This document shows, piece after piece, positions 36,969-51,064 of a stretch of DNA of 64,000 bases. The stretch is from contig NC_134030.1 of NCBI RefSeq assembly GCF_964204645.1, positions 7,296,778 through 7,360,777 on the forward strand. Direction: 5' to 3'. Positions within the stretch are counted from its first letter, which is position 1; each line of letters opens with the position of its first letter. Under the pieces are notes generated by a model. It was not told the origin of the DNA, searched no databases, and saw only the letters and a program-made list of their open reading frames with translations. The DNA is from Tubulanus polymorphus. Its lineage: Eukaryota > Animalia > Nemertea. The position numbers and the translations under genes were made by a program.

Positions 36969-39690
36969 GTATGAAACGACGGACGGCTAATAAAAGACAA
37001 TTGCTTGGAAATAATTGAAGATGATTCCCATCGTCGACACGGCAGTCATTTTCATCGCCGACCGCACCGGGTAGTAGACAATGCACGAAGGGTAAATGCA
37101 AAGCCGATCACGCTTTCTGATAGATTGCCAGTTATCGGGCTGGTATTTGCTCGTGATTGCGGATTAGCCCATTAGCCAGATTGCGGAGCTTCCGTCGTTA
37201 TCAAAAACGGTCATTTCCAGTGTATACTTGACCAGGCATCCGATGTCCCCGCGTGATAGTGGCCGTCAACTGTTTATTTCAAGCAGTAACCAATGCTGAA
37301 CGGCCAAAGTGACGCAATGTGCACAACCTTTTCAATAAATTGACTTAGTAGTGAGTTGCATTATAATGACTCAAAAGATAGCCTTTGGTGTACTGCGCTT
37401 TGGGTAATTAGCCTATAAGAGAGAAAAATGCTGGCGCTCCAATATGTCCGCTCTGATTTGGATATTCTCGGAGCTTTCTCGATTGTAATAGGGGTAGCTC
37501 CAAGAATATTCAAATCAGACTATCCATACCGTGGCATTGAGCTCAAATCGATACTTAACTCAGGGAATTATTCAAATGAACTCGCGAAAATGATCGATTA
37601 CCCCATAATTATCGTTACATGAATTAATACTACCAATAATTACCAATTATTAATCGGAGTTTTCAGACAAGACATCTCCTTCTCCTTTGGAGACTAAGAA
37701 TGTCTAGAATATTCAAATCTGGGAAGTTGTCACCTGCTTGAGATAGAGTTAAATATCCTCAACTAATAAATATATTTATTCAGCATACTTTTGTTTTAAG
37801 TAAGACTGTATACCGTATCGGTCTCAGGCATCGCTGCAGCATCGTTAGAATAAAACCTTTAAAAACGCTCGCTCGCCGTCGGTTCGTTGTATTAGTCATA
37901 ACCGCGTCGAACAAAAGGATAAAAAGACACGACATCAGTGTGACGATACCGTCATATTATACCCGACATCCAGATCCGAATGCAGAACGTGTAGCGCGCT
38001 GCCGAGCAGCCATATAATCTATGGGTAATTTAACAACGATAAAAAGAGACGATATATTTCTGACATAACAAACTACGGTAAATAAATGATTAATGCGCCA
38101 TCCTGACGGAGTTTACTGTTTATCTGGACCGAACAGAAGTACCTACAACGTCGGCGCATTCGTCAAAGTTTCCATTATTCATCCTGACGTAACAAAAAAT
38201 GACAACTGTAAGAATCACCAGCAGGCCGGTGTGCGTACTTTATTTTCTATTTTTTTCAATGGGGTACCTGCATTGCTACTGTGGAAATCGAGGATTCCAC
38301 GTATGGCAGGCGAAGATCCGCAAAGTGTCGCTAGTAGTTTGTTGTCGGCATTTCTTCTGCATTTCAATTAAAACTGAATGAACTTTATCTTAAAATTAAT
38401 CGATTATTAATGGAAACTATACCGATACCCGAGTAGAAGAATGAAAGTATTGTATATTTGGTGGGTGCTGTGAAAATATGGTTTCGGGAGTCTGAAAATC
38501 CTGTAAAAAGCTCATTGAAATGAACTGATTTTAACAACGGACGACCTACTGCGCGTCACGCGTTCTCGAAGGTTCTCCTTTATGACTAATGAAAGTTTCT
38601 AAAAGTCGTTTTACGAAACGGGCCCCTGGTGCATATTGGCTGTTGATCCGATGTTGACATTATATATACATATATGTTATATTTGCTTACATAATTGCAA
38701 AGCATCGAGGGCAAAAAAAACTTTAAATAAAAAAAGTCTTCTGTCTGTTTTAGAGTTATTATTCAGCGCGTGTGTTGTTACTCATGAAGATTGCCGCTGG
38801 ACACATTGATACTTTGATCATTGTGAAAATCGACACGTGTGATTGACGAAAGCTGTCGTGCCAAAACGGGAACCGTTTTAGAATCTGATCTCATCGTGAA
38901 GTTTCTGCGCTACGAGGCTCGACTCAAATAGCAGTTTTAAAAACTGAAATATTTCAGCCGCGGGCCCGATGTATTCGCGGCTAATGGAACCTACTCGATT
39001 TTTCACTTAGTTCAGTAGTTTACTCGCATAGTCCAAAAGGCTAGCTCCTGGCGCGAGCGTTGGTCGTGACACTTCAAAGCTAGCATCGATATGCGCGAGA
39101 CTTTTGGAAACTTTTTTTCTCGCTTTTTCGATACGAGTGTCTTCGTTATCGTCGTTTGACCAGGAACTGTGTACGCGCGTTTCGTACAAATCGTTTGAAA
39201 GACACGTCGAAAAATTAGATTTACGACTAACGAAATAATCGACTGAAGAGGACGCACGCGCGCTAATGAACGAAAACCTTTCACCTTTACGCCGCTCGCA
39301 GCACGACCTGTGGCTATCCACTTACCTGTATAATTAACGTGCATCGAATCGACCCTCTGCCCCCCGACGCACTTTGATCAGGTTCCAGACGAAGAAAAGA
39401 ACACAAGAGAAACAAAAATCTCGATAATGATTAGAATTAGCCGCGTCTCTGATTGACACGATGCGCAGTGCAGACATCGCTATTAACAAAAAATAGAATC
39501 TCGGATAAAAGTTATGTTCATTTCTGTAATTTTGTTATTTCGATTATAAGTCTCATATAGAGGTTTTTATTACTCGATTAAAGAAACAGGAAAACTAACT
39601 TGATAGTTTATTGATGCCATGAAAAATAACACACATATTGCTTGATATTGTCGAGAATAGATTATTGTTTTGGATTTGAATATACCGATT

Positions 39691-39970
39691 ATTGAATTGA
39701 ATTGACCGGCAACTAGTCTAGCCCCGACATATTGATGACGTAGTGCACATCCTCTTAGAAATAATAGAATTCATAAAAATTCATAAAAAATAAAACTATT
39801 GTTATGTTTAACTACAAAATAAACGTCAAAATTTGCAATTAGAATTGTTATTTTGAAACGCCAAAATATTGACGACGTAGTGGACATCGACTCCATAAGA
39901 ACCCATTAAATAACTCATACTAGGTATCAATGTGTATAAACATTATTTTAACAGTTTTTACGGCGTCAAA
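39691..39970 (+). repeat. Dispersed repeat family, copy 2 (empty site for the hAT insertion)
   Basis: TTGACCGGCAACTAGTCTAGCCCCGACATATTGATGACG is contiguous here. Confidence 0.85.
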
Positions 39971-41526
39971 ATGCTTGATGTAGGACCGCTCAGATGATAC
40001 GGGGCGGCTCTTTAAAGTTTAAAAAAATGGACTTGAAGAACTGTCAATAACATTGGCTCTTTACAAGAATTACCTGTCTGATGTATCGCGTCGAAGTGAG
40101 TGCTTACGTATATAATCATCTTAAAGGTAGATAGGTACAACGGCTCCTACCGACGAATCTTTTGTTCATCAATGATTCTCTCGTGATTTACTCAAAATCG
40201 CTGTGAGATGGTTTAATGGTTAATCGATACGGCTCATTATGAGATATCTCTTCACGGATATCTTCGACTAGCAATTAAAAATAATCGATCGACACCGAGT
40301 TATTATATCGACGATCAATTACTCGGCGGGAGTCGGTTTTTATAGAATCGTATTTAATTACAACTGTCGGATTTAATCATTATAACCAAGCACCTAACTA
40401 GTAGTAGTAAAGAAGCCCACGGACTACGCGACATTGACGAGGAAAATATAAGCTTCTGAAATATTGGTAAAAATGAACCAGGGCCCCTATTATAAATGAT
40501 AAGCTGGGGGACAACGTAGCTTGAGTTATCAAGTATATTTTGAGTCTTGCTTTTTCGTGAACACATTTTGTGCTTGTATGTGATAAGGAATTAAAGAATA
40601 CGCCCCTCAGGATTTTGATGGTTTTGATTAGACAGCATTCGGAACGTCTAAACCGTTAATCAGAATCAGCCACCATAGAACGATAAAATCTTAGGTTATG
40701 CTACGCTGTGAGCTAAGTTTATGCCCTCGCCGCATATTCAGAGTGGCGCCTCTGCATAATGACGTCATAACTTTGATGTTTTAAGATATCCAACAACCCA
40801 GTTAGCTAAATTCATGAAAAATTGGCTTAGTTAATCTAGTTGTAAGCAGTGTATGGCATATTTGTATTGTTAATAACTTAATTCTATTATCTGTTCAGAA
40901 AAGATTATATTTTCTGCTGTTTTGTAAATATCTTGTAATTCCTAATTCCTAATTCATATGGCGGTACATGTATCAGCTTACTTCCATACTCTCAGTGCTC
41001 AACATTTATAAGATTGTCAATTTTACTTCTCTAAGAAGGAAAGTAACGAAATGCGATCCGCAGATGCGATTATGCTATAGAATGACTTCAGCGGTGAAGA
41101 TGAAAATATTTTTTTCAATTACCGTCTTCTCGTTTTACAAGAGTCAGGCAGCAGGTACACAAACGGGGTACATAAACGAATAACAGATTGGACACTATTA
41201 TCGTCAAGGATAGAAAGCAACCAGCTTGTAGATATAAAATCTTTTACATTCACGTCACCGGTTTCGTGGACATTTTCGTCTCATTTTACCACCGATTTTG
41301 TCGGAGAATCTCATTTCGAAATACGCGTTGGTGGTGTACGGGCACCGCTGCGGAGAGTTGAGGGTTAATTTTGGCACGGCGAGATTATGTCATCGCTTAT
41401 TGCCTGAGCACGTCAGCTGATACAGTTATGAGCATCCTCGCAGCATCCTTCGAGTGATGCCAAGTTCAATCAGACAAACATGTCAGCATTGCTTTTCGGT
41501 TCTCATCCATCTTACGCACACATAGA

Positions 41527-41576
41527 ATGTTTGAAGTTTTTGTCGGGAGCAGGCGTCCGCGGCCGCTGTCGTCGTG
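41527..41576 (+). CDS. Candidate alternative first coding exon (MFEVFVGSRRPRPLSS, phase 2)
   Basis: agaATG start, open to donor TG|GTAAGT; GC-rich relative to flanks. Confidence 0.35.
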
Positions 41577-43350
41577 GTAAGTGCGCGACCGAAATTTCAA
41601 TTTCCCCGCTCTGAAATTATATTTTGAACGAATAAGTCGTAACCGCTCGCCGCCTCGGAAATCAATTAGACCCATCCATCTTATCTCGTCTAGTGATGGG
41701 TATTAGATGCGCGCACGGCGATGGCTCAATTTCAATTTACAAAGATAGATTATACCTCAATAACTCAAAAACTGTATCATTTTTCGAATTCAAAACTATG
41801 CCTCGAAATCATCATTAGTAGCGACAAACGTTTTCGATCGAAGGCATTTTTTTCACGTGGCGCGTGCGTTAAATTTATTTTTCCAGTTACCAACATTGTA
41901 CCTTATACATGTATATAATGGTTATATCACACAACGAAGTTTTATTGAAACATTTTCTCCTGGTTTTGTTTCTATATGGGCACGCTGTGCTCTTTTACAG
42001 ACCCCCAGTGCTTTTTCATCCGATTGCAAAATGCGAACGATAAAAATAATTCGAAAATTTTGTTTCTCGAAATAGAAATATCGAATTCAAAAAAGCGTAT
42101 TACTTCGTCGTCCTTCGTGTCGAAATCCGCAACAACGCAAGAAGATAATCCGACAAGGAATACGACTTTTGCTCCGTTGCATTATTTATGGTGTGTGTAC
42201 GATTATCATTTAATGTTGTTAGGTTAACGACATTTTGTATCGATATTAGCAACGCGTAGTTAGTTTAAAGACGGATTAACAAGGAAGTATAGTTTGGTAT
42301 TTGGTTTTGCCGACGTAGAAGTTTTTTCATGAAGTTTTCCGAATGTGTTGATTAGTAAAAAGATAAACAGTTGGTAGGTATATCAAAACTACACTAATTT
42401 TGTATATGTGTAACTTGTTTCGTTTAAAGACTCATATGATTTTGTATTTTTTCCTGTATTTTTTAGTTAATCTTGAAAAAAATGGCAATAAAACGTTAGA
42501 ATTATAGATGCGCGTTGACATCAGTCTTATTCTTGGATTTATTGGTTCCTGGAAGTCCACAATCATTAAAACATGGCTTTCTGTATGTTTTGGCCTCCGA
42601 CAAGTCATTTCGAATCTATGAAACAACATACCTATTATCAAACAAAATCTCACCCGATCAGTTCTGATAAGTTTTTTGATAAGTTATTCGCTTCAGTGAC
42701 ATTATTTTTCTCCTATCGTTTTTACCGAAAGTTTTGCCCTGTATATATTTATGGTGTGATTTTACTATCACACAATGATTAAAAGCGAAAACAACAATTT
42801 CTCAATATTCTATATATATATATAAGCCTAGTCTTATCGAAATTAGAATCCTGAATATTAGACGCAATAATGGAAACATTTTTTTCGCTTGTGATGAAAA
42901 ATATCATCGTAAAATACGGTACACGCGCGCATACAGGGAAACTTTATGATGATACCGGCAAGATCGGCGTTGTCGGCAGGTAACCAGAACCGATGCAATA
43001 ATCTACGCGGGTACCTAATCATATTTTCCAGGCTGCGGTTTTTAGCCCGCAGTTATGAAGGTACATCATTTCCACTGCATTAGCCCTCGTCGCAATTAAC
43101 TTGTGAAAATGAGCATCGTTCTTTTACGTTCGTGTAGTCGACGACTACGACGACTCCGCTCTGAGTTCAGACGATCACAGAGGGACGAATCAATATCGTT
43201 CCCAATCGGTGCATGTCGAGTTTTCGACCGAATGTCAATTGAGCGCGCGAGAACAATCTTCGATGAAAATGAATAAGCTTTGCTCGGATATGTTTAACCG
43301 AAGTAACCGTTTTGTACCACGAAAGTTCTCTCCCACTTCACTAATTCTAT

Positions 43351-43457
43351 GGGGCCAGTTTTATAGACCAGTGTTAACTTTAACCCGGCTAACTCTATAA
43401 ATTTCCAACTGGATTAGCCCCAGGGTTAAAGGTGATATCAGTGTATAAAACCGGCCC
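43351..43457. mobile_element. PIF/Harbinger-like MITE
   Basis: GGGCCAGTTTTATAGAC / GTGTATAAAACCGGCCC termini and internal TTTAACCC / GGGTTAAA inverted repeat. Confidence 0.75.
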
Positions 43458-44423
43458 ATAATGTTTAATACAGGCCCGTCCTAGCTACACGCATTAGCTT
43501 CTGCACTGTTGAAATGGCCTGAGAATCCAACTCCTGGCGCTCAGTTTTTTTTTGGATTTTATTGAAAATAAAAATGACATTTCGTCCGGGGAACCGCAGA
43601 GAATTTTTTGACGGCTATTTTGAACAAAGTCGTGTGGTTTGTCAAAAGCGATAGGCACTCCTGTGAGTGAAGGGTTAGATTCCCCCCGATGTATCGGGTA
43701 CACGCCTCGGAGGCGGATACAAGAATACGATATAGATCATTCTTCTTCTTACACAACAATCAATCTCCCCTTGTTATGATGAAACATCGCGGTGGTTTTT
43801 CTTTTTTTCTTTTTTTACTTTGGTCTCTGCGTCAATCCCTCTTTACGTAACTCGGTTAAGAGTCAGCACTTAGATCAGCATTCAGGGGTCCGGAGGGTTT
43901 GGACGTTATGAAATATTGTGAAATTAGGGGAACATCAACATTTAGAGAACAACATTTGAATTACCTAGTTATCTATCAGAAGGGGACGTTTATTTTCGCC
44001 TCGGTTTCTTGTCTTGACAGCTACCAAAAAACCTGGAAAGTACATAGATTTTACTGATATTGATTTATCACTTTTCATGACCATTAGATTTTATATGATT
44101 GTAATGCATATTATTAAGTTGTCGGATTGGTTACAGAACCAAAATGGGCTTTGGCTGATCTTACACCTATGATTTGAATTAGCAACTGGCTGAAATGGGC
44201 TCGTTCTGATTATGCAACTGACCCAACAATGCTATTTCAAACCCATTGAGGTATCAGTTTAATGCAATGTTGATGTAAAATAAACAAACCCTAGAACGTT
44301 CAACTTGCAATGCGGGTAAAATAAAAAGCAGTCGTTGGAGCTAGCTTTTGATATGAGATAGCGTTGAAAGACAACTGCGATTATGTAAAAACCTGATGAT
44401 GTAACCGTGTATTTAGAAAAATC

Positions 44424-44608
44424 ATGGAAACCAACAAAATGATTATGAAATACCTAACAAGATGCAGAGCTCGATGGACACTGGTAATGAAGCGATTCTA
44501 TACTGAAACCGAGTCCTGGAATTTGAATATAGAAGGATCGTTAATCGAAATGGATATTGGATACCTCACCTGCCAGGGCCGACTGCAAGTCTTCCCTGAG
44601 CAGACAAG
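44424..44608 (+). CDS. Candidate coding exon (...MKRFYTETESWNLNIEGSLIEMDIGYLTCQGRLQVFPEQT, phase 2)
   Basis: atcATGG start, open to donor AAG|GTATGG; protein-like composition; no recognised domain. Confidence 0.28.
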
Positions 44609-45197
44609 GTATGGTGAGGTCATTGCCTTGATCAATCATACCAATGAGATTTCTAGATTTGGAATACATATTTGTTTACATTCACGTATGTAATATTCAA
44701 TACGTCATTATCGTGGCCGCAGTCCACGGGCAGAAGTACAAGGTTCTATTCCAAAAGGATACTCAAGACGATAGAAAACTCACTCGTTTCTGCCACCACC
44801 AGAAGGATTGTTGGTCCCAATGAAAACCTATAGCTTTGTGACGACCTACCATCTTCGGTGGTGCCGGAAACGTCCTAATCAGTACTAATAGAGCCTCTCC
44901 GAATTCGTCCGTGTCGTGAACTTGGGCCCGGGGGGGGGGAGGCTGAGAGTAGGACAGGGAGAATCCTAATCGAACACTATGGCAATGATTCTACCTCTCC
45001 ACCCCATCTTCCCGGTCTGACTCACATTCAATCACTATCCAGGTCACACCGGTCATTGTATTTCAAATTTTCAAACATATCAGACGCCCGACAGACCGCA
45101 CATGTACCTGATACTCGACGGTCGCCATGACAGTTGCTTTCACATCCTCGTTTACCACAGCTGGCCTATGAGCAACAATACTATACGTATAAAAAAC

Positions 45198-45311
45198 GGG
45201 CCAAGTTGCACGAAAACATCTAACTCTTAAATTGACTTAATTTCTTTAATTAATTCGGTTATTTTCATAAAATCGATTCAGGATTTAGTCGTTATTGTGA
45301 AACTAGGCCCC
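45198..45311. mobile_element. PIF/Harbinger-like MITE
   Basis: GGGCCAAGTTGCACGAAAAC / GTTATTGTGAAACTAGGCCC termini. Confidence 0.65.
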
Positions 45312-45764
45312 GTTGAGCGTGAAGGTTTTCCCACACTAGATGTCCGATCTATTGATAGCGTTTAATGAGACAGAATGATGAAAATAGGCCTTATATATAT
45401 ACCACAGTTATATACATATATATTTATACATACTGAGATGAAAACTTAATGATATATAAGGCGTATTGACTATTATCATCGATGATTTTTAACGACTTAC
45501 CTGTTTGTCTATTTTGTTGTTGGTGTTGTTGTTCGGGTGTAGGTCTAATCGTCACGGCGTCGGGCAGGTGAAAATCGAAGAAATTGTCTTTCCTCGCTGT
45601 GAGTGTCTCACGTCGAGAATGACGATTGTGCAGCACCGGATTTTACAACCACCGCTCTCTGCAGTACTGTCGAGTAGCTGCTATTTGCTGTTGTAACCGA
45701 CGGTAATTTTTCTTTTGCAAAAATCGTTGAAAGAGTAGAAGTGTATAGAAGTGTACGGGTAACA

Positions 45765-45802
45765 ATGCTCAGATTTCAGAGCGACTCGGCGTGTCTACTT
45801 CG
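45765..45802 (+). CDS. Candidate alternative first coding exon (MLRFQSDSACLLR, phase 2) with upstream CpG/TTG-rich leader from ~45500
   Basis: aacaATG start, open to donor CG|GTAAGC. Confidence 0.33.
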
Positions 45803-48800
45803 GTAAGCGAGTTTACGGTTGTATAATGAGTTTTAGCATTGTTACGTAAGATGTGAGCAGCATCAACCCTACAGTTTTTACCCAGTGCGCTGCGCCGCGA
45901 CATAATTCATAATTCACTGATTTTCCATCTACAATTGCGGTTTCAGGTAGCTTTTCAAGCTGTGATTTTGTTGTATACGGACTAATTTGGGAACTCGGTA
46001 GATGGCCGCTGTCAGCTAGATATACGTAAAAAGATTATTTGAAACTGGTACGTATATTTATGTATATGTAATAACATTGCATTGACTGTTCACCTAAGCT
46101 TTACCTCAGTGTCACTCGCTGTAAGAGATTTTTTTTACGTTCTACATAACACATTTTATTAACAATTACTAGCGAACAAAGAAGTCCTTTGGAATCATAT
46201 ATCATTTTTTAACCTTAGCACTTGTTATTGTCCTTTTTTATCGGAACTTGCAAGGCAGAGTAATGATCTTCTGTGGGCGGCTGAACTTAGCTGACTTTGT
46301 TTTCATCAATGATTTAAAAAGTTACGCTAAGTTATAGTCTCAGTCGAAAAGAAAGTCGAGAAAAATAGATGTATCATTTTTCCTTGATTGTTTGGGCGTG
46401 CTTGGAGTTCCGCTTGAGAAGGCGTGCCATCATAAATCTCACCTTACCGATTCCCAAAAGAATCGCTCGCTATAAGTTCTGATCATTATTCGCCTGATTG
46501 ACTATACATTGAAAAAAGTCATCTTCGATGCCCGCCTGAAAAATTACGTGGTATTCCCTGGTGGTGGTGCGCACTGATAATCAGAACTCATTTCACTGTT
46601 GACTGGTTGTGGGTTTCTGACCAGTTATCCAGGTGAGGGATGTGCACACGGCGTGAATGATGACTGTTAATAAGTTTAAGTATTTTTTTTATTACAACAC
46701 CGCTTCTCCTTGTGATCGGTCCTTTTTCGGCGTCTGTTACGCTTGTGACTTGTCAATTGATAAATGATATCCTCATCACCAGTATATGGGGATGCTTCAA
46801 TGATACCAAGTTTGGAGTGCATTTGAACGGATTCTAGTTTGGATACCTGCACTATAAAAATGACAATTATCATCATCACTGAACCTACGAGATTTACCAT
46901 TTCTAATGGTTAAGATCTCTGGGAGGAGATCTACTTATCATCTCATTTCATATTACAAGTCGATTTTCGGCCGTATCGGTGATGTGTATGTACTTAAATA
47001 CACTATCGCCCAGAAAAAATGCCTTATTTCACTTACAGAAAAACAAGCTCCTTTCTTCAAACTTCAATGACTGGGGGATATACGCCAACCCTACGTGGCA
47101 TATCGTAGTTGGAAATTTCTAGAAAAACTGGTTAGTTTAGTCCTTTGTAGTCTGGTACAGCCTACGCTATAACAATATATCAATTTCAAAACGTTTTGTA
47201 TCTTTCCATTTCCTGAACTTCGACTGTTCGTTCAAATCGCCTGAAACTAACGCGTCGTTAAAGTTCTTTTGATAATGATAATTTGCAATATATACATATA
47301 GTCGACACGCCCATGTTGAAACATATTCTATCTCAGCTTTCTGATATTCTATTGTATATCAACTCGACAAGATTGTTAGATGTATCATATACCCGTAGCA
47401 GTAGGTCGATAACAAAATTGAGCGCTGAGATGTGGCGTTTAAAACTTTTTTCAATCTTTCAATATGCTAGGTAATTGAAAAACAAGACTATTGTTCATAC
47501 CATAGTTCGATTGGAAAAAAAATGTATTTTGATTCAACATTTGAAACTTGGTAATAATATGGGAACAGGATATTTGTCCATATTATGCAGCAGAATAGGC
47601 TGCTTCAAAATGACACCAATTACCGCAGAAATACCCAAATATCATAGATCTTGCACCGTTGGATGGTTTGGAATGAATACAGACTCTCATCTAGATAATG
47701 GAAAGATCAAAAACCCATCACAATGCTCCCGCTTCAAATAAGCTGTAACTAAAATAACATAGGTGCACGACGCCATCAAGGCTTACGGAAGAACACTTTT
47801 TACGTGTGTAATAAAGAAGTCACATGGCTCTCTGTAGAAAGTATGTTTTTTCACCGCTAAGGTGAATATTCTACTGAAGTGTCATTTTTCCGGTGGCTTG
47901 TGGCACTTTTTCGGGTCAGATATCTAAACCTTTGAACGCAATATCGACAGTTTTCCTTATGTACGCAGTCAAAAGAATATCGCTGATGGTATGAGGCAAT
48001 TTGACCCGATACAAACGTATCGGAAAAATGTTGAGAATGATTGTCGTTTGTGACAAAGGTCAATGTAACAGAAGGCTTTCCGAATCGTGTCGCCGGCTCT
48101 TCGAAATTGATCTAATTGCGCGTATTCGGATCCAAGGGACGCCGAAAGAATCTTCGAAGACCACAGAACCTGACCCTTTGATAGAATACATCGTATCATG
48201 CTAACCGATTTCAATAATTCCGAGGTTTTCATTGCAGCCATGTTTTCATCTAGATACAACACGTACACAATGGAAGGGTTGATGATTGTATATATAAATA
48301 TATCCCACAAGGCAAACTCCCACAAATCAGAATATTGAACCGACATTACGAACTTTAAACCATATATAGCACTAGTCGCCACTTTTAGGCGAATGGAAGA
48401 TCTATAAGGTTTTTGTCAGGATCCTCTTTCAATATATTGAACAGTAAAATGCTACCTGATGACACGGCTTCGGCGAATAACATTGTGCCCAATATTCTGT
48501 AACTCGGTCTTTTCCACAAATATCGACAAAAACCATACGCGTAATTATGGCTTTTAAACACTTGTGCTTTTCTCCGAGTATACAGAAAATATCTATATTT
48601 CTTCTGATATATTCTCGGCAATGCTTGAGGCTGTGATCGTGTTTTCGCTGTCAGTATTCTGCTGGCGGCGATACTACGCGCTGTCGTCACCGTTTATTTG
48701 CTCGTATAATTGTTTCAGCTCTCCTCTACACCATTTCTGATCGCGTCTAATAATATTTTGATGGCTTTCCAATTGAATGTTAATAGAAATTTATTTGGAG

Positions 48801-50987
48801 ATGGGCCGTGACCCAAGGACGTGAGTCACTCTCGTTGTGTAACTGCCAATGTTTGCACTGATTTCGCATTATTTTCTCAGTATATACTTATTGCTTGTAT
48901 TAAGAGAACGATGTCCAGATACTACTCACATATACTCACTCCTGCCAGTTATACCTACCGGCCTACAGAAAATGAAAGTGTAATAAGTGTTTATTGAAAG
49001 GATGCAGTGAATTAATGCGCAAACTGGATTTAAAGTTAGTCGCTGCAAGTTGCAAGTTTTAACGTCAGTTTCGCTCGAATCACAAATTAACACGCCGAAA
49101 CAATCTAGAAGAGATAATCTTAAGTTTGATAAGACAGTAGGTAATGCACTAGGCAGGTTTCCGGAGGGCTAAATTATGTAAAGCTTTGATGAAGAGATAA
49201 TGGTGAAAGTGGTGGGATGAAAGTGGCGTGCCTTTCGGGTAGGACATTACAGTAAGCGGTCAATTGAATTACCAAGACAAACTCCTGCCAACCGACGAGA
49301 CCGTGTTGCGTAACTTCGTAATAACGACATCTAGTCATCTGTAACATTAACAAATTAAAGCCGAAATTAAGTTCCCGTAGGCTCCACTTTTAATACACAA
49401 CAAAACGTCTCCTCATCATTGTTGCAAGCATCGCAAATATTCTTGCACGTCATGACTGAAATAGTCATAGTATTTGGCCTATTCTGAATCGAGGACGAAT
49501 TGTCGGGGCAAGCGGAACTTACTGTGCAATCAAAGCCTTGACTTTCACTTTCCAACCGGACACTCGTATGCAAATAGACGTATTCTGTCGAAGCATTTGA
49601 CGTATGAAAAAATCCATTTGATAAATCTACGTTCAAAGACTAGTATAGTTATCTTAGGTTAGGGGCAATGAAAATGATTTCCTTTTGCGACATGTGGGCT
49701 CTAATCGCTATACTGTGTTCCCGTATACGCTAGCACAAACATTGCCCATACATTCGACGTATTTCAAACACTTTTACAGAAATTAAGCTACGGACATGCA
49801 TAAAAATATATATTGTGTGATGATAATGCATCACAATTATCGACTGTATCTTGTATAGTATCGTTTTATATCGGTTTACTGTGCGGATTTTTACTATGAT
49901 TTCCCATGGGAGTCAGTAAGTTGTCAATACGTTTATTAGCTCATTGGTCAATATCCGTTGGTCTCTGAAGATAGAGAGAATGTAAAAATCTGATTGCGCC
50001 GAATGATGGACCGAATAAGGTCGAAGTCATTATATCAATGTCGATTTTTGATCGCTTTCCGTTGGAGGTTCCGTTATTTTAAAATAGAAAATAAACCCCG
50101 CAGCCCACCCTAGAGCAGTATGGTTAGTTACTAATTAACAAAAACATATAGAAGACATATTACACCTAGAATTCCAACCAGACTGTTAATGCCTACGAGG
50201 TGTTAATTATAACTTTACCACGTGTTAAAAATTACATGTGAATAAGGCATATCAATCTCTTAGATCGTCAGAAAAATCGTTTGTTTCATGATTATACATT
50301 ACATTTAGAAATGTTTCGTTTTAGCTTACCTCTTTGACCTTTAATTTTGAAGTGTTGGCTCTGACTGGGGCACCTTGAAAACCGTGACAAAAACGTTTTT
50401 GTACTCGCTTACTAATGCATTATTTAAGGGGGTAGTGTTTGCATCATCACAATTGTTGTTTCAAAATTACGATTAGAATTATGTGTATCAATTCTTTGAT
50501 AAATTTCATGACTCTTTATTATCTATATAATTAATTTTCAAGGCGAACGTACCTGATTCAGGGCACGGTACTTGACGAATATAGGGTACTCAAATCTGAG
50601 TATCCCCTGTGGATAAATATATTATGTTGATTTTTGTTGCAATATTTTCAAGTTTTAAACGAAAGAAAATGTCCCGAACGTCGTCTGCAAGCTCATCGTT
50701 GATAACATAATGAAATACTATCGCGTTTCCGTGATGGATGACACACGAGAGTCGCAGCTGTTCCGAGCATGACTTAAAATCAAATTCAATATCCTATATC
50801 ACGTTCCATAATTCATTAAACTGATAAACCTGAAACGGCAATGATTCTAGCCCCGAGGCCTGCTGCTTAGTCACAGTTATGTATAACACACGAGGCGAAA
50901 AATGCGTACGCAAAAAAACGAAAAAGAAATCAAAAGGAAATCATACGCGATGAGATTTGTTGATAGATAGTTGTATGGGTGCAGGCG

Positions 50988-51064
50988 GGACGAGTCAGGA
51001 TTCGAAACCTACATCTTGATCTAACTTCAGAAACCGAACTCCCTAACCGTTCGGCAAAACGCCG
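50988..51064 (-). mobile_element. Decayed tRNA-derived SINE-like head
   Basis: Minus strand: A-box-like TTGCCGAACGG and B-box-like GGTTTCGAATCC at tRNA-like spacing; stems are broken. Confidence 0.4.

Noticed and set aside
38814-38834. bantam-like GATCATTGTGAAAA
   Set aside because: Seed differs (TTGATCA, not GAGATCA) and there is no pre-miRNA-length complementary arm.
50988-51064. Functional tRNA gene
   Set aside because: Acceptor and anticodon stems do not pair and the B-box has an extra base; kept only as a SINE-like remnant.
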